DNA of 32,000 nucleotides from Rhodobacter capsulatus SB 1003 (lineage in GTDB: Bacteria; Pseudomonadota; Alphaproteobacteria; Rhodobacterales; Rhodobacteraceae), in assembly GCF_000021865.1 (NCBI RefSeq), contig NC_014034.1, positions 2,190,001-2,222,000 on the forward strand. Reading direction: 5' to 3'. Below the pieces are notes generated by a model, which saw only the letters and a program-made list of their open reading frames with translations, had not been told where the DNA came from and ran no database searches. A program made the translations under genes and the position numbers. Below, piece after piece: positions 8,869 through 18,310 of this stretch (position 1 is the stretch's first letter; every line of letters starts with the position of its first letter).

Positions 8869-9650
8869 TCGCTGCCCTCCGGAAAGCGCGGATGCGTGCC
8901 AAGCGGCCGGTAGCGGCGGTCGTAATCGCCCGCGTAAAGACGGCTTTCGTCGAAATCCTCGGTCGCCAGCGACCGGCCGACCAGGATCAGCGCCGTGCGC
9001 TCCAGCTCGGCGCCAAGGCTGGTCTGCAGCGTGGCCAGCGTCGCCCGGACGACGCGCTGATCGGGCCAGCTTGCGCGCCAGACGATGGCGACCGGACAAT
9101 CTTCGCCGTAATGCGGCACCAGTTTTTGCACAACCTCGTCAAGCACATGCACGGAGAGGTGAATGGCCAGAACCGCCCCGGTGCGGGCGAAATTCTCCAG
9201 CGTCTCGCCCGCGGGCATGGCCGAGGCCCGCCCCGAGGTGCGGGTCAGAATGACCGATTGCGCCACGCCCGGAAGCGTCAGCTCGGCCCCAAGGGTCGCG
9301 GCGGCGGCGGCAAAGGACGGCACACCGGGCGTCACATCATAGGGAATGTTCAGGGCGCGCAGGCGGCGCAGCTGCTCGCCCATCGCCGACCAGATCGACA
9401 GATCCCCCGAATGCAGCCGGGCGACATCCTGGCCCGCGGCATGGGCCTCGGCGATCGTGTCGATGATCGCATCAAGGCTCATCGGCGCGGTGTTGACGAT
9501 CTTCGCGCCGGGCGGGCAATGGGCCAGCAGCGCTTCGGGCACCAGCGATCCGGCGTAAAGGCAGACCGGACAGGACGCGATCAGATCGCGGCCGCGGATC
9601 GTGATCAGATCCGCCGCCCCCGGCCCCGCGCCGATGAAATGCACCGTCAT
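8865..9650 (-). CDS. cobM: Precorrin-4 C11-methyltransferase
   Basis: Start at internal [20 protein letters not shown] (complement of 9648-9650). Motifs [11 protein letters not shown] and [16 protein letters not shown] overlap with the cobE stop. Confidence 0.9.
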
Positions 9651-9979
9651 TCGTCCTCTCCCTCCGCCACGGCAAGGACCACCCCGCCGATCACCTGTCG
9701 GGGCAGCACCAGCCGCGCCCCCTTGCCCGCCGCGACCAAGGCCGCCGCCTCTGCGACCGAGCCGGTGCCTTTCAGCGCCCGGACCCGCTCCGATTGCGCG
9801 GGCGTGTCCACCCCCGCGACCATGACGCCGATCACCCGATACTCGGGCAGAGCGGCGGCAAGCTCTTCGGCTTTTTCGCGCGCCGTGGCAAGGGCATCCA
9901 CCTCTCCCACGGTGGCGACCGCCTGACGCAGCGGTTTTGACCCGGTTCCCGGCCGAAAACCGACACCGGCCACCCTCAT
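9647..9979 (-). CDS. cobE: CobE / CbiG C-terminal-domain-like cobalamin biosynthesis protein (biochemical role unclear)
   Basis: Start at internal [11 protein letters not shown] (complement of 9977-9979), 110 aa. It ends ...[23 protein letters not shown], as in the CbiG C-terminal domain. ATGA overlaps on both sides (cobL stop, cobM start). Confidence 0.75.
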
Positions 9980-11166
9980 CTTTGCCCGCTCCATTGCAGC
10001 TGCGGACGGCTGGCCGACCAGCCGCGCATCCGGCCCAAGGGTTCGGCCTGCGCGATGTCGATGCGCAAAAGCTGACCGCCATGCCGGGCGTGGAGTTGCG
10101 TCAGCAGCGTTTCCGATTCCAGCGTCACCGCATTCGCCACGATCCGCGTTCCGGGGGCGAGCCACTCCCAAAGCCGGTCATAAAGTGCCTGCGACCCGCC
10201 GCCGCCGATGAAGACGGCCTCAGGCAGGGGCAGATCCGCCAGCGCCGCGGGGGCCGTGCCCTGCACCGCCCGCATCCGGGGCGAGAGCCCGTAAGTGTCT
10301 ATGTTCTTTTGGATATTCTCGATCCGGTCGGCCCGCGGCTCGATCGTGATCGCGCGTCCCCCCGCCAGACACCATTCGACCGAGACCGAGCCCGAGCCGC
10401 CGCCGATATCCCACAACAACTCGCCGCGGCGCGGGGCGAGCGCGGCCAAGGTCAGCGCCCGCATCGGCGATTTGGTGATCTGCCCGTCATGGGCAAAGGC
10501 GCTTTCGGGCCGCCCGGGCACCTGCGAAAGCCCCGTGCCGGAGGCAAGATCCGCGCCATCCAGCGCCACCGCGACCAAAGCAGAAACATCAGTAAAATCA
10601 TAGTCTTCCGCGGCAATGCTGCGCAGCATTTCGGCCGGACCGCCCAGCCGCTCGGCCACCGCCATCCGCACCGCGCCAAAGCCGTTTGCGACCAGCCAGC
10701 CCGCCAGATCCGCCACGGCGGCGCCGTCGCGCAGCGTCACGACCGCGCGTTGCCCGCGGCCGAGCACCGGCAGCAACCGCCCGAAAGGCGCGGCATGCAG
10801 GCCAAGCGCGGCGGTCTCCTCGACCCGCCAGCTCAGCCGCGCGCAGAGCAGCGACACCACCCCGGGCACCGGAAAGGCTTGCCATTCCCCGGGCGCCAAA
10901 CGCTCTGCCAGCATGGACCCCGCCCCGAACCAGAACGGATCGCCCGAGGCCAGAACCACCGTCGCCCGGCCGCGGCAGTCCAAAACCGGAGCAATCTCAA
11001 AGGGAACGGGCCAGGCCCGACCGCGCCCGCCCGCCGCCACAAGGTCAAGATGCCGCGGCCCGCCAAAGATCACCTCGGCTGTTTCCAGCGCCCGACGGCT
11101 TGCCAAGGACAGCCCATCAAGGCCATCTTCGCCCAGACCCAGAATGCTCAACCACGGATCAGACAT
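9976..11166 (-). CDS. cobL: Precorrin-6Y C5,15-methyltransferase (decarboxylating)
   Basis: Start at [15 protein letters not shown] (complement of 11164-11166), preceded by AAGGAGG (complement of 11173-11179). N-terminal tetrapyrrole methylase domain plus a C-terminal SAM-MTase domain ([15 protein letters not shown]). Confidence 0.9.
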
Positions 11167-11920
11167 GACGCGCCTCCTTGTGCTTGGCGGCACCACCGAA
11201 GCCAGCCGCCTGGCGAAAACCCTTGCAGATCAGGGCTTTGAGGCGGTCTTTTCCTATGCGGGCCGCACCGGTGCCCCCGTCGCCCAGCCCTTGCCCACCC
11301 GCATCGGCGGCTTTGGCGGCGTCGCGGGGCTGGTCGATTACCTGACGCGCGAGGGCGTGAGCCATGTGATCGACGCCACCCATCCTTTCGCCGCGCAGAT
11401 GAGCGCGAACGCGGTCGCCGCCTGCGCGCAAACCGGCGTGGCGCTGTGCGCTTTCGAACGTGCGCCCTGGACCGCGCAAGCGGGGGACCGCTGGACCCAT
11501 GTGCCCGACCTTGCCGCCGCCGTCGCAGCCCTGCCGCAGGCGCCCGCGCGGGTGTTTCTGGCAATCGGCAAGCAGCACTTGCGCGACTTTTCCGCTGCAC
11601 CGCAGCATCACTATTTGCTGCGCCTGGTGGACCCGCCCGAGGGGCCGCTGCCCCTGCCCGATGCGCGCGCGGTGATCGCCCGCGGACCCTTTACTGTTCA
11701 AGGGGATACGGAATTGCTGCGCAGCGAAACCATCACCCATGTCGTCGCCAAGAACGCCGGTGGCGCGGGGGCCGAGGCGAAATTGATCGCCGCCCGCAGC
11801 CTTGGCCTGCCGGTCATTCTGATCGACCGGCCCGCCGTCCCCGCGCGCGACATATGCGCCACGCTCGAGGGGGTGATGGGCTGGCTTGCCGATCACGGCG
11901 CGACGCCGCGCGGGGTATAG
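11165..11920 (+). CDS. cobK: Precorrin-6A reductase
   Basis: [20 protein letters not shown]...VIDATHPFAAQMS. 251 aa, ATG at 11165. It is the only plus-strand gene between 665 and 18688. The rest of track ORF 10616-11920 is antisense to cobL. Confidence 0.88.
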   Translation: MTRLLVLGGTTEASRLAKTLADQGFEAVFSYAGRTGAPVAQPLPTRIGGFGGVAGLVDYLTREGVSHVIDATHPFAAQMSANAVAACAQTGVALCAFERAPWTAQAGDRWTHVPDLAAAVAALPQAPARVFLAIGKQHLRDFSAAPQHHYLLRLVDPPEGPLPLPDARAVIARGPFTVQGDTELLRSETITHVVAKNAGGAGAEAKLIAARSLGLPVILIDRPAVPARDICATLEGVMGWLADHGATPRGV

Positions 11921-12630
11921 ACCCAGGGCCCCACCCGGCGCGTCGCGGCATTGCCGACCAGAACCACGGTGCGCATGTCGGCCATCTCGGGCGTCGCGTC
12001 CCGCAGTTCGACCACGGAAATCGCCTGCTCGGGCGTCGTCACGGCGCGGGCGAACAGGATCAGCCGCCCGGGCTCGCATTCCTCGCGCAGGATCTCCAGC
12101 ACGCGGGTGAACTGATGCGGGCGCGATTTCGAGCGCGGATTATAGAACGCCATCGCGAAGTCGCCGCGCGCCGCGTGCCGCAGCCGCTTTTCGAGAATTT
12201 CGAAAGGTTTGAGATTGTCCGAAAGATTGATGGCGCAGAAGTCGTGCCCCAAGGGCGCCCCGGCCGCCGCCGCCGCCGCCAGCATCGCGGTGATGCCGGG
12301 CAGGATGCGGATTTCCGTTCCGGCATGTTCGGGATGGGCCTCCAGCGCCTCGAACAGCGCCGAAGCCATGGCAAAGACCCCCGGATCGCCCGAAGACACC
12401 ACCACCACGCGCCGACCTTCTGCCGCCATTTCAAGGGCATGGGTGGCGCGGTCCAGCTCCACCCGGTTGTCGGTCGGATGCAGGGTCAGGCCCTCGCGCG
12501 GGGCGATGCGGGCGACGTAAGGGATGTAGCCGACGATGTCGGTCGCCTCGGCCAGCGCCGCGGTGACTTCGGGCGTCACCAGATCTTCGCGCCCGGGCCC
12601 AAGCCCGGCAACCGTGACCCAACCGCTCAT
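11893..12630 (-). CDS. cobJ: Precorrin-3B C17-methyltransferase
   Basis: Start at internal MSGWVTVAGLGPGREDLVT (complement of 12628-12630), with ATGA overlap with the cobI stop. Motifs SSGDPGVFAMAS and LPGITAMLAAAA. Confidence 0.9.
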   Translation of the reverse strand: MSGWVTVAGLGPGREDLVTPEVTAALAEATDIVGYIPYVARIAPREGLTLHPTDNRVELDRATHALEMAAEGRRVVVVSSGDPGVFAMASALFEALEAHPEHAGTEIRILPGITAMLAAAAAAGAPLGHDFCAINLSDNLKPFEILEKRLRHAARGDFAMAFYNPRSKSRPHQFTRVLEILREECEPGRLILFARAVTTPEQAISVVELRDATPEMADMRTVVLVGNAATRRVGPWVYTPRGVAP

Positions 12631-13364
12631 GCCTCGTCCCCCAGTTCCGGCCGCCGCCCCTGCCCGTGCACCAGCACGATGGCGAAATAGGGGCAATCTT
12701 CCGCGGCCACATCGACCAGACGCGCGATGCGTTGCGTCGGCATCGTGCCGCGCTCGACCAGCCAGGCGGCGTCAAGCCGCCCCGCAACCGCAAGCGCGCG
12801 CTTGATTTTCGGCAGGTTGCGCCCGGTCTTCATCACCACGATCGCATCCGACCGTTCCATATGCGCGACCAGATCCGCCTCGGGAAGCGTGCCTGCCATC
12901 ACGGTCAGCACATCGTCGCCCCAGGTGATCGGCGTGCCCGTCGCCCACCAGCAGCCGACCATGCCGGGAATGCCGGGGATCACCTCGACCTCGGCGCGGC
13001 CCTGCAGGCGGGTGTAGAGATGCATGAACGAGCCATAAAGAAAGGGATCGCCCTCGCAAAGCACCACCACATCGCGGGTTTTCGAAAGTTCCGAAAGCCG
13101 CGACGCCCACTCGTCATAGAACCGCGCGAGCGCCTCGATATAGTCGGGACTGTCGAACGGAAGTTCGGTGGTGACCGGATATTCCATCGCATGTTCGACG
13201 ACATCGGGGCGCAGCATCCCCTCGACGATCCGCCGCGCCTGACCGGCCCGCCCGGCCTTGCGGAAATGCGCAATGTCGGTGGCGGCACGAATGGCGCGAT
13301 CGGATCGCACCGAAATCAGATCGGGGTCGCCCGGCCCAAGCCCGGCGCAAAGGATGCGTCCCAT
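12627..13364 (-). CDS. cobI: Precorrin-2 C20-methyltransferase
   Basis: MGRILCAGLGPGDPDLISVRS, CEGDPFLYGSF and IPGIPGM. 245 aa. Confidence 0.9.
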   Translation of the reverse strand: MGRILCAGLGPGDPDLISVRSDRAIRAATDIAHFRKAGRAGQARRIVEGMLRPDVVEHAMEYPVTTELPFDSPDYIEALARFYDEWASRLSELSKTRDVVVLCEGDPFLYGSFMHLYTRLQGRAEVEVIPGIPGMVGCWWATGTPITWGDDVLTVMAGTLPEADLVAHMERSDAIVVMKTGRNLPKIKRALAVAGRLDAAWLVERGTMPTQRIARLVDVAAEDCPYFAIVLVHGQGRRPELGDEA

Positions 13365-13367
13365 TGC

Positions 13368-13997
13368 CTATTCCTTCCGGCAGGCCAGCGCATTCACCGC
13401 GGCCACGGTGATCGCCGAGCCGCCCAGCCGTCCCTCGACAATCACCCAGGGCACCGGATTGGCCACGGCCAGCGCGGCTTTCGATTCCGCCGCGCCGATG
13501 AAGCCCACCGGACAGCCGATGATCGCCGCCGGGCGCGGGCAGGCCGGGTCTTCGAGCATGTTGAGAAGATGGAACAAAGCCGTCGGCGCATTGCCGATCG
13601 CCACCACCGCGCCTTCCAGCTTCGGCCGCCACAGCTCCAGCGCCGCGGCAGAGCGGGTGTTCCCCATCTCCTGCGCCAGCGCAGGCACGCGCGGGTCTTG
13701 CAGCGTGCAGATCACCTCGTTCTTCGCGGGCAGACGCGCGCGGGTGATGCCTTCGGAGACCATCCGCGCATCGCAGAGGATCGGCGCCCCCGCCTCCAGC
13801 GCCGCGCGGGCGGCAATCGCCATGCCGGGCGCGAAGCGGACGTGGTTTTCCAGCCCGACCATCCCGGCGGCATGGATCATGCGGACCACCACCACCTCTT
13901 CCTCGGGGGTGAAGCGGGCCAGATCGGCCTCGGCGCGGATCGTGGCAAAGGATTGCACGTAGATCTTCGCGCCGTCCTTTTCATACTCATGGGGCAT
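13368..13997 (-). CDS. cobH: Precorrin-8X methylmutase
   Basis: MPHEYEKDGAKIYVQSFATIRAEADL...RMIHAAGM. 209 aa, lying between cobN and cobI. Confidence 0.92.
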   Translation of the reverse strand: MPHEYEKDGAKIYVQSFATIRAEADLARFTPEEEVVVVRMIHAAGMVGLENHVRFAPGMAIAARAALEAGAPILCDARMVSEGITRARLPAKNEVICTLQDPRVPALAQEMGNTRSAAALELWRPKLEGAVVAIGNAPTALFHLLNMLEDPACPRPAAIIGCPVGFIGAAESKAALAVANPVPWVIVEGRLGGSAITVAAVNALACRKE

Positions 13998-14003
13998 CGG
14001 GGG

Positions 14004-17000
14004 TCATCCTTCGGGTTGGCGCGCTTCTAGCCTTTCCTCGAGGCTTGCCGCAATCGAATTGCGCCGCGTCAGCCAGAGGCCCGCCTCGGCCAGGCGTTGA
14101 AACAGATCGCGCATCGCCGCCAGCGCCTCGGGGTTTTCGCGGGCCAGAAAGTCGCGCACCTCGTCGCGGCCCAGCGTCGCCTCGTGGTAAAGGTCGAACA
14201 GATGCGCGGGCACGACTTGGGCCAGATGCGCGAAAGCCGCCATGTGGTCGAGCGTCGCGGCGATTTCCGCCCCGCCGCGGAAGCCGTGCCGCATCATCCC
14301 ATCGGCCCAGGCCGGGTTCGCGGCGCGCGCGCGCACGACGCGGGCGATCTCCTCGGGCAGCGAGCGGGCGCGGGGCCGGGTCGGGTCGGTGGCGTCCAGA
14401 TGATAAAGCGCCGGGGCCTCGGCGCCCAGACGCGCAAGGGCGGCGGCAAACCCGGCCTCATGCGCGGCGTAATCCGAGGCCAGCAGGATATCGCTTTCGG
14501 GCAGATCCTGGGCATGCACGAAACTGTCGGCCCCCATCAGGCGGGCTTCCAGCCCCGCCCGGTCGGAGCGGATTTCGCCTTTCTTGTCAATCGTGTAGGA
14601 GGAGGCCGCCAGCCAGGCCTCGCCGGCCCTTGCGCGGGCTTCGGGGGTAAAGGCCTCCAGCGCCGGGCCCATGTTCAGCCCGTATTGGCCGGGACGCGGC
14701 CCGAAGACGCGCGGGGCCGCAGCCCGGTAGGGGTTGTCCTCGGGCGTTTCCTCGCGCGTGGCCAGCGCCTCGGCGCCGGTCTCGAAGAGCTGCGCAAGGC
14801 CGGGGAAGATATCGCGGAAAAGGCCCGAAACGCGCAGGGTCACGTCGATGCGTGGGCGGCCCAGAAGCGCAAGCGCGATCACCTCGACCCCCGAAACCCG
14901 GGCGGCGCCCTCGTCCCAGACCGGTTTCAGACCGGCCAGATGCAGCGCCATGGCGAATTCCTCGCCCGCGGTGCGCATCGTGGCCGAGCCCCAAAGATCG
15001 ACGACCAGACCGCGCGGCCAGTCGCCATGATCCTGCAGATGTTTTCGAAGCAGCTCCTCGGCCAGCTTCACGCCTTGGGCATGGGCGGCACGGCTGGGCA
15101 CCGCCCGGGGATCGACGGAGAACAGGTTGCGCCCGGTCGGCAGCACGTCCGCGCGCCCGCGCGCCGGGCTGCCCGAGGGGCCGGGGGGCACGCGTTTGCC
15201 CGCCAAGGCCGCCGAAAGCCCCGCCTGTTCGGCAGCCCCGCAGGCGCCCTGCCCCAGCACATGCAGCCCGTCGCCAAACAGGCTTTCCTTGATATCGCAG
15301 ACAAAACGGTCGATGCGGGTGATCGCTTCCGCGGCCGAGGCGGTGGCGGGAATGCCCAGATCGTCTTCGACGCCGCTCGCGCGGGCCTCGTCGCGGATGT
15401 CGGCGATCAGCCGGTCGCGCCGGGCCGGGTCCAACCCGTCGGCGGTGGAATATTCGTCCAAAAGCCGTTCGAGCCGCGCCATCCCCTCGGGCACGGCGGC
15501 TTGCGACAGGGGCGGCGGCAGATGGCCCAAAGTCACGGCCGAAAGGCGCCGTTTCGCCTGCGCCGCCTCGCCCGGGTCATTGACGATAAAGGGATAAATG
15601 ACGGGCAGCGGGCAAAGCGCCTCAGGCCAGCAGCTTTCCGACAGCGCAACGGCCTTGCCCGGCAGCCATTCGAGCGTGCCATGCGCGCCCATATGCACCA
15701 GCGCGTCGAGGCCCAAGGCCCGCAGCCAGAGATAAAAGGCGACATAGCCATGCCGCGGCACGCGGGACAGGTCGTGATACTCGCCGTCGCGGGTTTGCAC
15801 ATCGCCGCGTTCGGGCTGCAGCGCGATCAGCGCGGCGCCGCGGCGCAGGGCGGCGAAGTGAAAGGCACCGTCGGCGCAGGCGGGGTCAGCCTCGGGCGGC
15901 CCCCAGGCCGCGGTCAGATCGGCGCGCAGCTTTTCAGGCAGGGTGTCCAGCGCGGTGAGATAATCCGAAAGCGGCCAGGTCAGACGCGCGGTCGTCAGTG
16001 TCTCAAGTGCGGCACCGGGGGCAATCGCATAGCCCTCGGTCGCAAGCTGGGCCAGCAAAGCCTCGGTCGAGGCGAGCGCATCCAGCCCCACCGCATGGGC
16101 CATCTGCCAGGACCGGCCGGGATAGGTGGACAGCACCACCGCCAGCTTGCGATCCGCCGCCGGGGTTTGCCGCAAGCGGTGCCAGCCGCAGATCCGGTCC
16201 AGCGCGGCCTCGACCCGCGCCGGATCGGGGCGATGGGCGAAGCGGGAAAATTCCAGATCGGGGTCGCGCGGCTCGGGCGCCTTGAAGGAGACGACACCGG
16301 CGAACAGACGGCCATCGACCTCGGGCAGCACGACATGCATGGCCAGATCGGCAGGCGAAAGGCCGCGGTCGGCCAAGGCCCAGTCGCGCTTGCGGGCGGT
16401 GGAGAGCGCGACCTGAAACACCGGCACATCATAGCGGTCAAAGGGCGTCGTGCCATCCGCGCCCTGCGCCGAAAAGGCGGTCGCGTTGACGACGAGCGCG
16501 GGGGCGCGGCCGTCCAGCCGGGCTTGCAGCGCATCGCCCAGCCCCTCGGATTTGAGCGAGGGCGCAAAGAGGCCGCAAGCCGCGAAACCGCGCGCGCGCA
16601 GGCCATGGATCAGCGCATCGATCGGCGCGGTATCGGCGGCGGTCAGATAAGAGCGGTAGAAGCTGACCAGCGCCAGGGGGCCGTCCCCCTCGGGCGCGGG
16701 GATCACGCCCGCGGCCGGGTCGTAAAACCCCCAGTCGGGCAGGCGCTTGTCGCCCGGCACCGGGGGGGCGTAAAGGCCGGAGGCCAGGGCCAGCTGCGCC
16801 AAGGCCGCCTGCGCCGCCACCGCGCCGCCCGCATCGCAAAGCTCCTTGAGCCGCCGCAGCGTCGAAACCGGCAGGGTCGAGAGCGCATCGAGCCGGTCAT
16901 CGGCGCGGCCATCGGCGGGAAGGACGGCCAAGGCAATCCCCTTGCGGCGGCACAGATCCTGCACCGAGGCCAGACCATAGGGCCAGTAAGCCTCGCCGCC

Positions 17001-17261
17001 GATCAGCCGGATCAGGATCCCCTTCGCCCCCGACAGCGTGTTTTCAACGTAAGTATCGACCGAAATCGGATGTTTCAGCGCCACCAGATTGGCCAGCCGC
17101 AGCGAGGGCAGCCGCCCGCCCGCGCGTTTCCAGCCCGCCGCGAAAGCCCCCAGATCGCTGTCAGAGAGCGACAGCACCACAAGATCCGCCGGGCGCTGAC
17201 CCAGATCGGTCGGCACCGCGGTTTCCTCGAGCCCGTGGCTTTCGCGGAAGACGACATGCAT
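14004..17261 (-). CDS. cobN: Cobaltochelatase large subunit
   Basis: 1085-aa ORF with N-terminus MHVVFRESHG...DLGQRPADLVVLSLSDSDL, typical of the CobN/ChlH family. Its start shares 1 nt with the cobW stop. The partner ATPase subunits cobS/cobT (chelatase) are not in this window. Confidence 0.9.
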   Translation of the reverse strand: MHVVFRESHGLEETAVPTDLGQRPADLVVLSLSDSDLGAFAAGWKRAGGRLPSLRLANLVALKHPISVDTYVENTLSGAKGILIRLIGGEAYWPYGLASVQDLCRRKGIALAVLPADGRADDRLDALSTLPVSTLRRLKELCDAGGAVAAQAALAQLALASGLYAPPVPGDKRLPDWGFYDPAAGVIPAPEGDGPLALVSFYRSYLTAADTAPIDALIHGLRARGFAACGLFAPSLKSEGLGDALQARLDGRAPALVVNATAFSAQGADGTTPFDRYDVPVFQVALSTARKRDWALADRGLSPADLAMHVVLPEVDGRLFAGVVSFKAPEPRDPDLEFSRFAHRPDPARVEAALDRICGWHRLRQTPAADRKLAVVLSTYPGRSWQMAHAVGLDALASTEALLAQLATEGYAIAPGAALETLTTARLTWPLSDYLTALDTLPEKLRADLTAAWGPPEADPACADGAFHFAALRRGAALIALQPERGDVQTRDGEYHDLSRVPRHGYVAFYLWLRALGLDALVHMGAHGTLEWLPGKAVALSESCWPEALCPLPVIYPFIVNDPGEAAQAKRRLSAVTLGHLPPPLSQAAVPEGMARLERLLDEYSTADGLDPARRDRLIADIRDEARASGVEDDLGIPATASAAEAITRIDRFVCDIKESLFGDGLHVLGQGACGAAEQAGLSAALAGKRVPPGPSGSPARGRADVLPTGRNLFSVDPRAVPSRAAHAQGVKLAEELLRKHLQDHGDWPRGLVVDLWGSATMRTAGEEFAMALHLAGLKPVWDEGAARVSGVEVIALALLGRPRIDVTLRVSGLFRDIFPGLAQLFETGAEALATREETPEDNPYRAAAPRVFGPRPGQYGLNMGPALEAFTPEARARAGEAWLAASSYTIDKKGEIRSDRAGLEARLMGADSFVHAQDLPESDILLASDYAAHEAGFAAALARLGAEAPALYHLDATDPTRPRARSLPEEIARVVRARAANPAWADGMMRHGFRGGAEIAATLDHMAAFAHLAQVVPAHLFDLYHEATLGRDEVRDFLARENPEALAAMRDLFQRLAEAGLWLTRRNSIAASLEERLEARQPEG

Positions 17262-18307
17262 CAGGCGGCGACCCCACCCAGCAGCACGGCGCGGATCGCC
17301 GCCTCGTCGACATCGTGATGTTCCGCGATCACCACCAGCGCCGAGCGGCGGGCCTCCGTGCCCCAGGGCCGGTCATATTGATGCCGCACGCGTTCCCCCA
17401 CGGCCTGCACCAAAAGCCGCATCGGCTTGCCCGCAACGGCGATGTGCCCCTTGACGCGCAGGATGTTCTGCTCGCGCGCCAGCCGTTCGATCGCGGCCAC
17501 CAGCGCCGCCGGATCGGCGATTTCCGGGAGTTCGATCACCACCGTGTCGAAATCGTCATGCTCGTGATCGTCGTGATCGTCGTGATGGCTGGGCCGGGCA
17601 GCCAGATCATCCTCGGCGGCGGCGCCAAGGCCCAGGATCACCTTCGGATCGATCACGCCTTCGGTCAGCGGCAGGATCGGCAGCTTGCGCGGCAGTTCCG
17701 CCTCGATCAGCGCGCGGGCCGTGGCCAGACCCTCGGCCCCGGCCAGATCAGCTTTCGACAAAAGCACGATATCGGCGCAGGCGATCTGATCCTCGAAGAC
17801 CTCGGAAAGGGGCGTTTCATGGTCGATGATGTCATCGGCCTGACGCTGGGCATCGACGGCGGCGACATCGGGGGCAAAGCGGCCCGCGGCGACGGCCTCG
17901 GCATCGGCCACAGCAATCACCCCGTCCACCGTGATCTTCGAGCGGATCGCGGGCCAGTCGAAGGCCTTCAGAAGCGGCTTCGGCAAAGCCAGCCCCGAGG
18001 TCTCGATCAGGATGTGATCGGGGCGGACGGGCCGGGCCATCAGCGCCTCGATCGTCGGGATGAATTCATCGGCGACGGTGCAGCAGATGCAGCCATTCGC
18101 CAGTTCGACGATGTTTTCATCGGGGCAGTTTTCATCGGCGCATTGGCGCAAGATCTCGCCATCGACGCCGACGGTGCCGAATTCATTGACCAGAACGGCG
18201 AGCTTGCGGCCCTCGGGATTGGCCATCAGATGGCGGATGAGCGTGGTCTTGCCCGCGCCCAGAAAGCCGGTGATCACGGTGACGGGGATTTTGGTCAGAT
18301 CGGACAT
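17261..18307 (-). CDS. cobW: COG0523 G3E GTPase metallochaperone
   Basis: P-loop ITGFLGAGKTTL, metal motif GCICCT, and a His/Asp tract SHHDDHDDHEHDD. AGGAG lies upstream of the start. Confidence 0.9.
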   Translation of the reverse strand: MSDLTKIPVTVITGFLGAGKTTLIRHLMANPEGRKLAVLVNEFGTVGVDGEILRQCADENCPDENIVELANGCICCTVADEFIPTIEALMARPVRPDHILIETSGLALPKPLLKAFDWPAIRSKITVDGVIAVADAEAVAAGRFAPDVAAVDAQRQADDIIDHETPLSEVFEDQIACADIVLLSKADLAGAEGLATARALIEAELPRKLPILPLTEGVIDPKVILGLGAAAEDDLAARPSHHDDHDDHEHDDFDTVVIELPEIADPAALVAAIERLAREQNILRVKGHIAVAGKPMRLLVQAVGERVRHQYDRPWGTEARRSALVVIAEHHDVDEAAIRAVLLGGVAA

Positions 18308-18310
18308 GGC

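Noticed and set aside
8865-10082. Long N-terminal extensions of track ORFs (here 144 extra codons ahead of cobM). Similar extensions occur for cobZ, cbiM, cobF, cobA, cobE, cobL, cobJ, cobC, bluE, bluF, cobO, cobQ, cobK, cobP, cobT, cobS, the GNAT and the RTX/Hint gene.
   Set aside because: The extensions overlap the upstream gene out of frame and are Arg/Gly-rich. Internal Met codons coincide with conserved family N-termini, SD sequences and ATGA/TGATG coupling to the upstream stop.
11159-12079. 306-aa minus-strand ORF that exactly bridges cobJ to cobL across the antisense of cobK
   Set aside because: It is tempting as a coupling ORF, but the protein is Arg/Gly/Ala-rich with no motif, and it starts inside cobJ in another frame. 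It is most likely a GC-content artefact. It is mentioned under the cobK finding only as a stop-free frame.
14097-17318. 1073-aa plus-strand ORF
   Set aside because: It is the mirror frame of cobN, with Arg/Gly-rich low-complexity sequence and no motifs. cobN on the opposite strand has family-typical termini and operon coupling.
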